Shown here in pieces: positions 1 through 9,167 of a DNA stretch of 64,000 nucleotides; the first letter of the stretch is position 1; every line of letters starts with the position of its first letter. The notes beneath the pieces were generated by a model that saw nothing but the letters and a program-made list of their open reading frames with translations, did not search any database and was not told where the DNA came from. The translations under genes and the position numbers were made by a program. This stretch comes from Propionibacteriaceae bacterium (lineage in GTDB: Bacteria; Actinomycetota; Actinomycetes; Propionibacteriales; Propionibacteriaceae). The stretch covers positions 6,938 to 70,937 of the forward strand of contig JAUNKK010000006.1 of assembly GCA_030532825.1 (NCBI GenBank). Direction: 5' to 3'.

Positions 1-94
1 GATAGGGAGCCCGTCGGCGCTCCGAGATTGGATGGGAATCCAAATTTTCCTTGATGAAAGAGTGGAGCTCAAAGAGGTCAACTACCATAGTTTA

Positions 95-1396
95 CTATCT
101 CTTTCTCTTTGGAATTTGTGTCAGCAACGTGGACTTTGGAGAACATGCTTGCACGCCCTCAAATCTCATGCACATATTGGGGTCAGGTCCCTGTGGCGAC
201 CCAGTCCAGAAAAGTGCATGCGCGGGACAACCTCCATCGCAGCGGTCGGCAGCAAGACATCCATCTCGACAAGGTCGGTTCCTAAATCCGGAGTATTGCT
301 TCGGGAGGGAGTCGAGTACGTGCTGGAGAGTGACACCCGGGCTCTCCCCTGAGAGGTTTGCTAGTTCATATGCACTCCCCGAAAGGCTTGGACAAAGCCG
401 TACCACTCCCGAAGATGAGATGTAGACCATGGACCTCCCAACGCCGCACATTCCAGGGGTTGGCTGTGAGGGGAATTCCTCGGCCAAGAGTTCAGCCAAC
501 CCTCTTGCTTGAGCCTTGTTAAGAAGAAGATCTCTGGTAGCACGACCCTCTAAGCGCACCGTGTCCACAATAATCGGAAGGTCTTCCGATTTTAGCCAGT
601 CTATCGTTTGACGTACGTGGCCGTAATTGTGGGTCCCCACGACAAGGTTTACTTGAACGGGAATGCTAAGTTCACGCAGCTTTCTAATATTAGAAATCGT
701 CCGCTGAAGACTGCCCTTTTGACCGCGAAAACCGTCATGCACCTTGGCCTGCAGGCTTTCGATACTCGTTGTCACATGAAGGGGCGGGTGCGCAGCAAGA
801 GCAGCGAGATTTCTGGAAGCGAGATGAGTCAGATTAGAGAAGAGAGTAGAAACAAACCCTGCGTTTCCAATCGCAATAATCATCTCATCAAATGAAGGAT
901 GCATAGTCGGCTCACCACCAGTAATATCTATGCGGTACACTCCAAGAGCTCTACCTTCGCGTATTACACGCTTCATCGTAGCCATTGGAAGATCAGTACG
1001 TGCAGCGGGACCGAAAGCACCGAAGCAGTGACGACACCGAAGATCGCAAGTGGAAGTTAACTCAATGAAGAAGCGTTCCACTGTGGTCAACATGGCAAAC
1101 AGATGCGGCGAGGGATTAGCTGTATGGGACTTAGCTAGGGTAATAATCTCAGTTTCTAAGAGCCGTGCGGTGAACTGAGGCATATGGGTCCTCATCAGGG
1201 TACTCACCTTTGCCGCCTCGCTTGATTCGCATAGCCCCTTCAAAAGGGCAGCCTCCGTGTTCGTTAACAAAATACGGCACCGCGTCCTGCGATTCAGAGC
1301 AAACGAGGTTACGTTCTCCCGCCCTTTTACCACAAGTGCGTCTCTCGTGAGGGCAAGAGCTTCAAAGGAGTCCGACTCCATCATCAAACCTCGCAT
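95..1396 (-). CDS. Radical SAM / SPASM-domain enzyme with ~110-aa N-terminal extension (RiPP-type peptide-modifying maturase candidate)
   Basis: CxxxCxxC motif 'CDLRCRHC' at ~aa 118-125 preceded by 'FFIELTSTC'. The C-terminal Cys cluster 'CGVG...CPSLS...CRDGCLAADRCDGGCP' is typical of SPASM/twitch auxiliary Fe-S domains. The ~110-aa N-terminal extension before the radical SAM core is consistent with an RRE-like leader-binding domain. The gene is ~50% GC against a ~68% background. Confidence 0.8.
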   Translation of the reverse strand: MRGLMMESDSFEALALTRDALVVKGRENVTSFALNRRTRCRILLTNTEAALLKGLCESSEAAKVSTLMRTHMPQFTARLLETEIITLAKSHTANPSPHLFAMLTTVERFFIELTSTCDLRCRHCFGAFGPAARTDLPMATMKRVIREGRALGVYRIDITGGEPTMHPSFDEMIIAIGNAGFVSTLFSNLTHLASRNLAALAAHPPLHVTTSIESLQAKVHDGFRGQKGSLQRTISNIRKLRELSIPVQVNLVVGTHNYGHVRQTIDWLKSEDLPIIVDTVRLEGRATRDLLLNKAQARGLAELLAEEFPSQPTPGMCGVGRSMVYISSSGVVRLCPSLSGSAYELANLSGESPGVTLQHVLDSLPKQYSGFRNRPCRDGCLAADRCDGGCPAHALFWTGSPQGPDPNMCMRFEGVQACSPKSTLLTQIPKRKR

Positions 1397-1401
1397 GTTC
1401 C

Positions 1402-1431
1402 ATTTTTACCCGGAGTCCTGTGCAGTGTCAA
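1402..1431 (-). promoter_or_regulatory. Candidate sigma70-like promoter for the radical SAM gene (TTGACA -N17- TAAAAAT), start close to ATG (leaderless)
   Basis: Minus strand reads cTTGACActgcacaggactccgggTAAAAATggaacATG. The -35 is a perfect TTGACA and the -10 is an AT-rich hexamer 17-18 nt downstream. The sequence is AT-rich inside a low-GC islet. Confidence 0.25.
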
Positions 1432-1689
1432 GCGGTTAGCTGAGCTTTATTGGTTTTTACTACTGGGACGTTGGATTCGCTGTGCAGATGGTTGACTTCA
1501 AGGGGCTGCTTTGCAAGGGCGGCGTGTGCTGCACTCGTTTAGGCAGACATCAGGTCAGTCAACGATACCGAGGGCGTCTCTGATCTCATTGAGGTTGACT
1601 TGGCTACACCCCAAGAGACTCATTCACAGAGTCTCAGAATCTGACTTTGACAAGGGGCAATGGCGGTGTCATGGGGTCGTAGCAACGGT

Positions 1690-2800
1690 GCTTGCCAGAA
1701 CAGGAGGAGACAGCTGTTGCGTCGGGTGTTGACGATGGATGGATCGGGCAGCGATTGCTCAGGGGCTGCGGGAGGGGTGTTCGTATCGGCAGATCGCGGG
1801 GCGGATCGGTCGGGATGTTTCGGTGGTGTGGCGGGTATCGCCCGGTCACCGCTGACGTGTCGGCGCAGCGAGCAAGGTCGCGTCTAAAAGGTCCGCACCC
1901 TGAATACTCGATGAGGGGCTACGGCACCGGGTGTTAGCGGACCTGTGCTTGTTCTAGGACCCCCTCGGCAGATCCCCCGGGGAGGCTGCGCGCTGAGACT
2001 TGGGGGGTGAGACCCTGAAACCCTGTAAGGGTTCCCCACCGGCAAGGGGCGTGTGATCTCGCGCGAAGCGCCTCTCATACCAGGATTGCTGCGCGATGGG
2101 CGAAACCCACCCTGCGAGAACACTGGAGTTCATGCTGCGATCGAAACGCACCTACCGCAAGCCCCGCCGGTCGATGGAACAGCGCACAGCCCCTCTTTAG
2201 GGGTTATTCACGTGACCCCCTTCATGGGGTAATGCTGAGCTGGCAAGGGGTTTTGCCCAGCCACAAGGCGTCGTGAATAACGCCCTTTGTCGGTGTCGGT
2301 CAGTGATTGATGACCGCCCGGCCGAGGCCCTCGATCGGCGAGCACCCGGGGGCATGAGGGGAAGGCAGAGTTGATCATCAGCGCCCACGGGCGCAGCACC
2401 GGCGTTCGTATCGATCCTGGCACTCCCGAAAAAGGGCAAAGACTCCACCCGGGGTGTGTGACGCGTTGATCGAACACGTCTCCGCCTCTGCCCGAACTGA
2501 TGAAACACACCCCCAGGTCTTGGCGCCAGGGCACCACAGATGCACCTGCCACGCCGCACTAACGATGGCCACCAAGATGCCTATCTACTTCGCTCACCCG
2601 CACTCCCCGTGGGAACGTGGTAGCAACGAGAACACAGGCGGTCTCATCCGCGAGTACCTTCCCAAAGGCACCGACAACTCCTTCAGCACCAGCCCCACCA
2701 TCGCCGTGATCACCGAAGAACTCGGGCGAACACCCCCAAGCCACCCTCGGCTACCTCACCCCCACGAAACCGTCGAGAAACTACTCGTGGCTCCAACCCC
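1690..2800 (+). mobile_element. IS30-family insertion sequence remnant; transposase reading frame shattered by multiple frameshifts/stops (pseudogene)
   Basis: Fragments in three frames match IS30 transposase hallmarks. N-terminal HTH 'LREGCSYRQIAGRIGRDVSVVWR' and 'YRPVTADVSAQRARSRLK' lie at ~1760-1900. 'DRPAEALDRRAPGG' followed after a shift by 'ELIISAHGRSTGVRIDPG' (RPAE...EGDLI region of the DDE domain) lies at ~2307-2420. C-terminal 'IYFAHPHSPWERGSNENTGGLIREYLPKGTD' and 'ATLGYLTP' lie at ~2575-2790. Confidence 0.6.
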
Positions 2801-2995
2801 AAGGACTTGACCGACCCCCCGACTGGACACCCGCTCTGCCACATGTGGAGCATGAACGAGCACCTTTGCCTAGTATGCCGTGACCTCGTATATGAACGCG
2901 GGCTCCGGCTAGCGAACGTGGTCACCACACCGAGCACACCCCGCCTGAGCGACGAGCCCCGCCGTCCGGCTTCTTCCCGCCACTAGGCTATTTTC

Positions 2996-4171
2996 GTGAC
3001 GCAACAAATCTCTTCGCTAGCCCGCCGCGCCCGTTTGGGCGTGATCCTGCTGTTCTGGTTGAACGGGGCGGCGTGGTCGTCGATCGTCCCGCGGTATCCC
3101 GAGATCAAGGACCGCGTCGGCTTGGACGACCAATGGTGGGGGTTGGTCATCGTCCTGGCACCGATCGGAGGCCTCGCCGCGGGGCTCGTGACCGCGGCCC
3201 TCATCCGGCGTTACTCATCGGCGACGGTGGCGATCATCACGCAGGTGTTCGGGATCGCGATGTTGAGCGTCATCGGTAATGCTCCCGTCGCGACGGTGTT
3301 GGCGCTGGGGGTGTTCCTCATGGCCAGTTGCGACGCGCTGACCGATATCGCCATGAACGCCCACGGGCTGCGGGTGCAGAAGCTGTATGGCCGCCCGATC
3401 CTCAACAGCTTCCACGGCTGGTGGTCAATCGGGGCCGTGTGCGGTGGGCTCCTCGGCTCTGCCGCGAAGCAGGCCGGGGTCACCATCTGGCTGCAATGTC
3501 TCATTGCCACCATCGTTTTCGCCGGCATGTCCATCGCATCCAAGGTGCTGCTCCTGCCGGGCAAGGATCAAGAAGAGGCCGCGACGGCTACCCGTGACCA
3601 CCCACAGCTGCCTACCGCGACCACGCTGCGCTTGGCGGCGCTGGGTCTGCTGGGCGCGTCCGCCATGCTGATGGAGGACACGGGCTCGACATGGGGCGCC
3701 ATCTACCTGGAACGCCAGTTCGACGTCATCCCGTTCCTCACCGGCATGGCCTTCGTGGCGCTGCAGAGCACGCAGTTGGTGGGCCGATTCACGGGCGACG
3801 CCCTGGTGGCGCGGATCGGGGCCCGGTCGGCCGTGGTGCAGGGGGCAGTCATCGCTAGCGTGGGAATGTCGGTATCGCTGCTGTGGCCGAGCCCGGCGGC
3901 CGCCATCGTGGGGTTTGGGTGCGTCGGTTGGGGCATCGCGACGGCGATTCCGTCGGCCATGCACGCCGCCGACGAACTGCCCGGCATGAAACACGGCAAC
4001 GGCCTGATGATCGTCACCTGGATGATGCGGCTCGGATCGTTCGTCGGGCCGCCGCTCATCGGCACGCTGTCCGAGGCAACGGAGCTGCGGCTAGCGCTGT
4101 TCGTGCTGCCTGCTTTCGCCGTCGCGATCCTGGCGCTGAGCCCCGCCCTGCCCTCTCACAAAAGGGGGTAG
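2996..4171 (+). CDS. MFS-type transporter (multi-pass membrane protein)
   Basis: 391 aa with ~11-12 hydrophobic helices, Gly/Ala-rich membrane protein. The N-terminal 'RRARLGVILLFWLNG' is typical of MFS topology. Codon usage matches the GC-rich host background. Confidence 0.65.
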   Translation: MTQQISSLARRARLGVILLFWLNGAAWSSIVPRYPEIKDRVGLDDQWWGLVIVLAPIGGLAAGLVTAALIRRYSSATVAIITQVFGIAMLSVIGNAPVATVLALGVFLMASCDALTDIAMNAHGLRVQKLYGRPILNSFHGWWSIGAVCGGLLGSAAKQAGVTIWLQCLIATIVFAGMSIASKVLLLPGKDQEEAATATRDHPQLPTATTLRLAALGLLGASAMLMEDTGSTWGAIYLERQFDVIPFLTGMAFVALQSTQLVGRFTGDALVARIGARSAVVQGAVIASVGMSVSLLWPSPAAAIVGFGCVGWGIATAIPSAMHAADELPGMKHGNGLMIVTWMMRLGSFVGPPLIGTLSEATELRLALFVLPAFAVAILALSPALPSHKRG

Positions 4172-4302
4172 CCCCGCACCAAGGCGACGCCAGACAAGCC
4201 CACGACGCGCTGGCCGGTTGGGAACCCACGAACCTCGACTTTAGGAAAGGCATGCCTTACCATACTCGGGTTACGTGAGCCATCACTCGATACGGAGCCC
4301 CC

Positions 4303-5340
4303 ATGATTTCCAGAAGAACTTTCGCGATGCTGTTTGGCGCGGCCGCCGCCACCGCGGGCGTCGCCGCCTGCTCCGGCAACAACAGTGAGACGTCGTCAAG
4401 CTCCAGCGGCAGCGGCGCGAGCGACGCCTTCCCCGTCACCATCCAGCATGTCTACGGCGAAACCGTCATCGAGAAGAAGCCCGAGCGCATAGCCACCGTG
4501 AACTGGGCCAACCAGGAGGTTCCCTTGGCGTTGGGCGTGGTGCCCGTCGGCATGCAGAAGGTGACCTGGGGCGACGAAGACGGCGATGGCATCCTCCCCT
4601 GGGTGCAGGACAAGCTCGCCGAGCTGGGCGGCGAGCCCCCGGTGCTGTTCGACGAAACCGACGGCATCCCCTTCGAGGCCGTGAGCGACACCAACCCCGA
4701 CGTGATCCTGGCCTCGTACTCCGGCATCACGCAGGCGGACTACGACACCCTCACCAAGATCGCCCCCACCATCGCCTACCCCGGGGTCCCGTGGGGAACC
4801 ACGATGAACGACATGATCCGCCTCAACTCCCAGGCCATGGGCCTGGCCTCCGAGGGCGACGCCCTGATCACCAAGCTGAAAGGCGACGTGACGGCGGCCG
4901 CGGACAAGTATCCGCAGCTCAAGGGCAAGAAGGTGATGTTCACGGCCCTCATGAACGCCGACGACGACCTCTCGAAGTTCGGTTTCTACACCACCAAGGA
5001 CTCGCGGGCCAGCTTCCTGCTGGAGGCCGGAATGGCCGCACCCAAAGTGGTGGAGGAGGAGTCCGCAAAGACCAACGAGTTCTGGTACGAGCTCTCCTCG
5101 GAAAACCCCGAGCTGTTCGACGATGTCGACATCCTGCTGGCCTACGGGCCGGCGGACCCAGCCCCGATGCTGGCCTCCCTCAAAGCCCATCCCCTGCTGT
5201 CCCGCATCCCGGCCATCGCCGAGGATCGCGTCGTGTTCGTCGGCCAGGGCTACCTGGGAGTCGTCGCCAACCCGTCACCGCTGTCCATCGGCTGGGGAAT
5301 TGACCAGTACTTCGCGAAACTGGCCGAAGGCATCAAGTGA
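4303..5340 (+). CDS. Iron-siderophore ABC transporter substrate-binding lipoprotein (FecB/FepB class)
   Basis: N-terminal lipoprotein signal 'AAATAGVAACSG'. Periplasmic binding protein fold (class III), first gene of a binding protein-permease-permease-ATPase operon. Confidence 0.85.
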   Translation: MISRRTFAMLFGAAAATAGVAACSGNNSETSSSSSGSGASDAFPVTIQHVYGETVIEKKPERIATVNWANQEVPLALGVVPVGMQKVTWGDEDGDGILPWVQDKLAELGGEPPVLFDETDGIPFEAVSDTNPDVILASYSGITQADYDTLTKIAPTIAYPGVPWGTTMNDMIRLNSQAMGLASEGDALITKLKGDVTAAADKYPQLKGKKVMFTALMNADDDLSKFGFYTTKDSRASFLLEAGMAAPKVVEEESAKTNEFWYELSSENPELFDDVDILLAYGPADPAPMLASLKAHPLLSRIPAIAEDRVVFVGQGYLGVVANPSPLSIGWGIDQYFAKLAEGIK

Positions 5341-6380
5341 CCTCCGCCCTCACCACTGCCCCGCCAGGGCTCGGTGAGATCCAGCGATCCGCGGGACGGC
5401 GGCTGCTCGGGCTCGTGATCATGATTGCGATCTTGGCGCTGGCGGTCGTCGCGTCGGCGGCCTTCGGTGTGCGCTCGATCTCCCTCACCGACGTCCTTGC
5501 CGGGCTAGCCGGAGGCACCGAGACCGCCGGTCAGGCAGCCGTCGCGGCCCGCCTGCCCCGCACCGTCATGGGGTTCCTCGTCGGCGCAGCCCTGGCCATG
5601 GCAGGCACGACGATGCAGGCCGTTACCCGCAACCCCCTGGCCGACCCCGGCATCCTCGGCGTTCTTTCGGGGGCGTCGCTGGCGGTGGTGATCGGCCTGT
5701 CCTTCTTCGGCCTGTCGAGCCCCGTCACGACGGTGTTCGTGGCGGTCATGGGGTCGGCCACGGCGGCGCTGTTCGTCTACGGCGTCGGATCGCTGGGACG
5801 GGGCGGCGCCACCCCACTGAAGCTGGCGCTCGCGGGGGCCGCGACCTCGGCGGCCGCGTCGTCCCTGGTGTCAGCCATCCTGCTGCCGCGGGCGCAGGTG
5901 ATGGACAGCTTCCGCAGCTGGCAGATCGGCGGAACTGGTGGCGCCACATGGGGCAAGGTGGTGCTCGTGGCCCCGTTCCTGGTGGTGGGCGCGCTGCTGT
6001 GCCTGGCGCTGGCGCGTGGCCTGAACGCCCTGGCCTTGGGCGACGACGTCGCCACGGGGCTGGGCGAGAACGTGCTGCGCACCCGGCTGCTGGCCTCCCT
6101 CGGTGCGGTGATCCTGTGCGGGGTGGCGACCGCGGCCTGTGGTCCCATCGGCTTCGTCGGCCTCATCGTGCCCCACATCTGCCGGCTGCTGGTGGGCACC
6201 GATCACCGGTGGCTGCTGTGGTTCGCCGCCGTCGCGGGATCCTGCCTGCTGCTGATCTCCGACACTGTCGGCCGCGTCATCGTGCCTAACTCGGAGATCG
6301 ACGTCGGCATCATCACCCCGTTCATCGGGGCGCCTTTTTTCATCTGGATCGTGCGACGCCAGAAAGTGCGTGAACTATGA
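5337..6380 (+). CDS. FecCD-family iron-chelate ABC transporter permease
   Basis: 347 aa polytopic protein with Gly-rich FecCD signatures ('GxxLGxxSGA', 'IITPFIGAPFF'). Start overlaps the upstream stop by 4 nt (coupling). Confidence 0.85.
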   Translation: MTSALTTAPPGLGEIQRSAGRRLLGLVIMIAILALAVVASAAFGVRSISLTDVLAGLAGGTETAGQAAVAARLPRTVMGFLVGAALAMAGTTMQAVTRNPLADPGILGVLSGASLAVVIGLSFFGLSSPVTTVFVAVMGSATAALFVYGVGSLGRGGATPLKLALAGAATSAAASSLVSAILLPRAQVMDSFRSWQIGGTGGATWGKVVLVAPFLVVGALLCLALARGLNALALGDDVATGLGENVLRTRLLASLGAVILCGVATAACGPIGFVGLIVPHICRLLVGTDHRWLLWFAAVAGSCLLLISDTVGRVIVPNSEIDVGIITPFIGAPFFIWIVRRQKVREL

Positions 6381-7417
6381 CCACCGTTACATCCGCGGAT
6401 GTCCCGACGCTGCGCGCGGCCCGGCGCCACCGCACCCGCTCCCAAACCGGCGTGGTGGCGGTGCTGGCTGTGCTGGTGGTCGGGCTGTGGGTTACATCCC
6501 TGATGGTCGGCGACACCTTCTACGGCCCTGAGCAGGTGTGGCGGGTCATCATCGGTGAGCGCGTGCCGGGCGCGAGCTTCACCGTCGGTGAGCTGCGGCT
6601 ACCGCGTGCCACGCTGGCGTTGCTGGCGGGCCTGGCCTTCGGGTCGGCGGGCGTGACGTTCCAGACGCTGCTCCGCAACCAGTTGGCGTCCCCCGACATC
6701 ATCGGCATCTCCGCCGGGGCCAGCGTCGCCGGAGTGATCGGCATCGTGGTGTTGCGGCTCAGCGACACCGCCGTGTCCTTTCTGGCTCTGGCCGCCGCCA
6801 TCCTCACGGCCCTGCTGATTTACGCCCTCAGCTACAAGGGCGGGTTCGCGGGCACGCGACTGATCCTGATCGGCATCGGCGTCTCCTCAATGCTCACCTC
6901 CGTGGTCACCTACACGCTGTCACTGGCCTCCGAGTGGGACATGCAGACGGCGACCCGCTGGCTCACGGGATCCCTGAACAACGCCGAGTGGCCGCGAGTC
7001 ATCCCCCTGGCTGTGACCTGCGCCGTCGTGCTGCCGCTGATGTGGCTGCGCTCCAGTTCGCTGGCGACGCTGCGTTTCGGCGATGACACCGCCTCCGGGC
7101 TCGGAGTGCGGGTGATGTCGGTGCGAGTGTGGACCATCGTCGCGGCCGTCACCCTCATCGCGGTGGCGACGGCGTCCTGCGGCCCTGTCGCCTTCGTTGC
7201 CTTCATGGCCGGGCCGATCGCGGCCCGCATCTCCCGCTCCGCCGCGTCGCTGACGGTGCCGTCGGCTCTCGTCGGCGCGGTGCTGGTGCTGGGCTCCGAC
7301 CTGATCGGCCAGTTCGCCTTCGGCACCCGCTACCCCGTCGGCGTCATCACGGGCGCGCTCGGTGCCCCGTTCCTCGTCTATCTCCTGATCCGCTCCAACC
7401 GGCAGCGCCGGAACTAG
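6377..7417 (+). CDS. FecCD-family iron-chelate ABC transporter permease (second subunit)
   Basis: Paralogous to the upstream permease ('DIIGISAGASVAGVIGI', 'GVITGALGAPFLVYLL'). Overlapping start. Confidence 0.85.
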   Translation: MTTVTSADVPTLRAARRHRTRSQTGVVAVLAVLVVGLWVTSLMVGDTFYGPEQVWRVIIGERVPGASFTVGELRLPRATLALLAGLAFGSAGVTFQTLLRNQLASPDIIGISAGASVAGVIGIVVLRLSDTAVSFLALAAAILTALLIYALSYKGGFAGTRLILIGIGVSSMLTSVVTYTLSLASEWDMQTATRWLTGSLNNAEWPRVIPLAVTCAVVLPLMWLRSSSLATLRFGDDTASGLGVRVMSVRVWTIVAAVTLIAVATASCGPVAFVAFMAGPIAARISRSAASLTVPSALVGAVLVLGSDLIGQFAFGTRYPVGVITGALGAPFLVYLLIRSNRQRRN

Positions 7418-7424
7418 GAATCCC

Positions 7425-8237
7425 ATGACCACCAACCGTTCCCTCACCGCCACCGACCTCACCCTGGGGTACGGCGAGCGCACCATCGTCGACAAGCTGG
7501 ACCTGACCGTCGAGCCCGGTGCGATCACATCCATCGTCGGGGCCAACGGCTGCGGCAAGTCGACGCTGCTGCGGTCGCTGGCCCGGCTCCTGAAGCCGAA
7601 GTCGGGTCAGGTGATCCTCGACGGCCGCTCCCTGCACGAACAGCCCACCAAAGAGATCGCGAAGGTGCTGGGGCTGTTGCCACAATCGCCAATCGCTCCG
7701 GAAGGCATCGTCGTCGCCGACCTGGTCGGACGGGGCCGCCACCCCCATCAGGGCATGATGGGCCGCTGGTCGCCGCGCGACTACGAGGTGGTGGCCGGGG
7801 CCCTGGCTGCCACCAACACCACCGAACTGGCCTCGCGCCCCGTCGACGAATTGTCGGGTGGGCAGCGGCAGCGGGTGTGGATCGCCATGGCGCTGGCCCA
7901 GGAAACCGACATCCTGCTGCTGGACGAGCCCACCACGTTCCTGGACGTCGCCAACCAGTTGGAGGTCCTGGATCTACTGACCGACCTCAACGCCCGTAAC
8001 GGCACCACCGTCGTGATGGTGCTGCACGACCTAGGGTTGGCGGCCCGTTACTCCGACCGGCTCGTCGCGATGCGTAAGGGCGCGATCCTGTCCCAAGGCA
8101 AACCCGATGAGGTGGTTACCCCCGAGACGGTGCACGAGGTGTTCGGCATCGAGTCGCGGGTGGTGCCGGACCCGGTGTCCGGTGCGCCGCTGGTCATGCC
8201 GATCGGGCGGCACCACGTGAAGCAGACGGATGGGTGA
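7425..8237 (+). CDS. Iron-siderophore ABC transporter ATP-binding protein (FepC/FecE-like)
   Basis: Walker A 'GANGCGKST', ABC signature 'LSGGQRQRV', Walker B 'ILLLDEPT', H-loop 'VLHDL'. Confidence 0.9.
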   Translation: MTTNRSLTATDLTLGYGERTIVDKLDLTVEPGAITSIVGANGCGKSTLLRSLARLLKPKSGQVILDGRSLHEQPTKEIAKVLGLLPQSPIAPEGIVVADLVGRGRHPHQGMMGRWSPRDYEVVAGALAATNTTELASRPVDELSGGQRQRVWIAMALAQETDILLLDEPTTFLDVANQLEVLDLLTDLNARNGTTVVMVLHDLGLAARYSDRLVAMRKGAILSQGKPDEVVTPETVHEVFGIESRVVPDPVSGAPLVMPIGRHHVKQTDG

Positions 8238-8447
8238 CGGGCTGACCGTCTCCAGCCCGTGAGCCGTGGCTATCCACCACCCTGGCGAGCGGAACCTTCC
8301 GGCCGACGTGACTCTGTGGCCAAGGTTGCGCCGCTCACCGAGGGCCCCGGAAGTAGTCCAAGTTTCAGACACAACAGGCCCTGACATGGCCCTCCGCTAC
8401 CTTGGTTAAAGCCACTGCCATCCTAGTTTCCGGTAGAGGTCTACTGC

Positions 8448-9167
8448 ATGAACCAGAACGAAGCTGCTTCCGGTACGCCGACGCAACAGCCCTATTCCGC
8501 CGCAGAGGACATGGGGGCGCCCAGCCCGTCGGCACCGGACTTCGTCATCCAATCGCCTAACTTCACCTGCCGCCCAGCCCGCTCCGCCTTTTTCCCCAAC
8601 CTAACCAGCTGCGCCGCAGCCGGGGGCCTGGGGCGCGCAGGCCGGGGCCGCACCGCAGCCCCCATTCGTCCAGGCAGGGCCTGGCGTCCCACCGGGGACC
8701 AACCCTATGGCATGCCCGTCCAGCCCTACAGCATGCCTGCGAAACCCAAGCGGCCCGGTGCGGCAACAGCCGCCGCGGTGCTCGGCATCGTCTCGGGTTC
8801 CTTGGGCACCCTGTTCATCCTGGGTGTGCTCGCGATCACCATGAGCATGACGGCGTCGGAGCTCCCGTCGCCCGCCCGCGCCATCGCACTCGTGCTCTCC
8901 TCCGCAGTCGCGGCCGTGGCGGTCATGGTGTTCGTCAGCGGCATCCGGTTCCTGAAGGGACGGTGGTATGGGCTCCTCCTGGGCCTCAGCATCGCACAAC
9001 TGGTTATCAATCTCTGGGCCATAGGCCAGACGCAAACAATCACGCCAACTAGCGGGCAGCCAGCCAAGAACCTGTTCACCCTCGGGTGTCTGCTGGCCAT
9101 CGCCATCATCTGCACCCTTGCGAGCAAGCACACCCGCGCCTGGGTGAAGTCAACCCGGGCCAGCTAA
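8448..9167 (+). CDS. Hypothetical membrane protein (Pro-rich N-terminus, 3-4 TM helices); N-terminal extent uncertain
   Basis: The C-terminal half has clear TM helices. The N-terminal third reads like GC-rich frame noise, so the true start may be downstream. Confidence 0.35.
   Translation: MNQNEAASGTPTQQPYSAAEDMGAPSPSAPDFVIQSPNFTCRPARSAFFPNLTSCAAAGGLGRAGRGRTAAPIRPGRAWRPTGDQPYGMPVQPYSMPAKPKRPGAATAAAVLGIVSGSLGTLFILGVLAITMSMTASELPSPARAIALVLSSAVAAVAVMVFVSGIRFLKGRWYGLLLGLSIAQLVINLWAIGQTQTITPTSGQPAKNLFTLGCLLAIAIICTLASKHTRAWVKSTRAS

Noticed and set aside
32-895. Plus-strand ORFs 32-352, 51-425 and 608-895 overlapping the radical SAM gene
   Set aside because: They lie entirely antisense to or overlapping a much longer ORF with clear rSAM/SPASM motifs. 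Their translations are low-complexity with no motifs.
1634-2937. Multiple 60-120-aa ORFs on both strands (e.g. 2454-2810 '...IYFAHPHSPWERGSNENTGG...') between 1.6 and 2.9 kb
   Set aside because: These are not independent genes. The meaningful pieces are frameshifted fragments of a single decayed IS30 transposase, and the rest is frame noise.
3073-7748. Numerous long antisense or alternative-frame ORFs inside the MFS and Fe-siderophore ABC genes (e.g. 3425-3994-, 4396-5190-, 4791-5303+, 5777-6199-, 6920-7558-)
   Set aside because: Typical high-GC artefacts. The translations are Arg/Pro/Gly/Ala-rich without motifs, and they overlap genes with strong family signatures.
8448-8800. N-terminal third of ORF 8448-9167 as genuine coding sequence
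   Set aside because: The sequence 'FTCRPARSAFFPNLTSCAAAGGLGRAGRGR' looks like wrong-frame GC-rich translation. Only the C-terminal TM-helix part looks protein-like, so the gene is kept at low confidence with an uncertain start.
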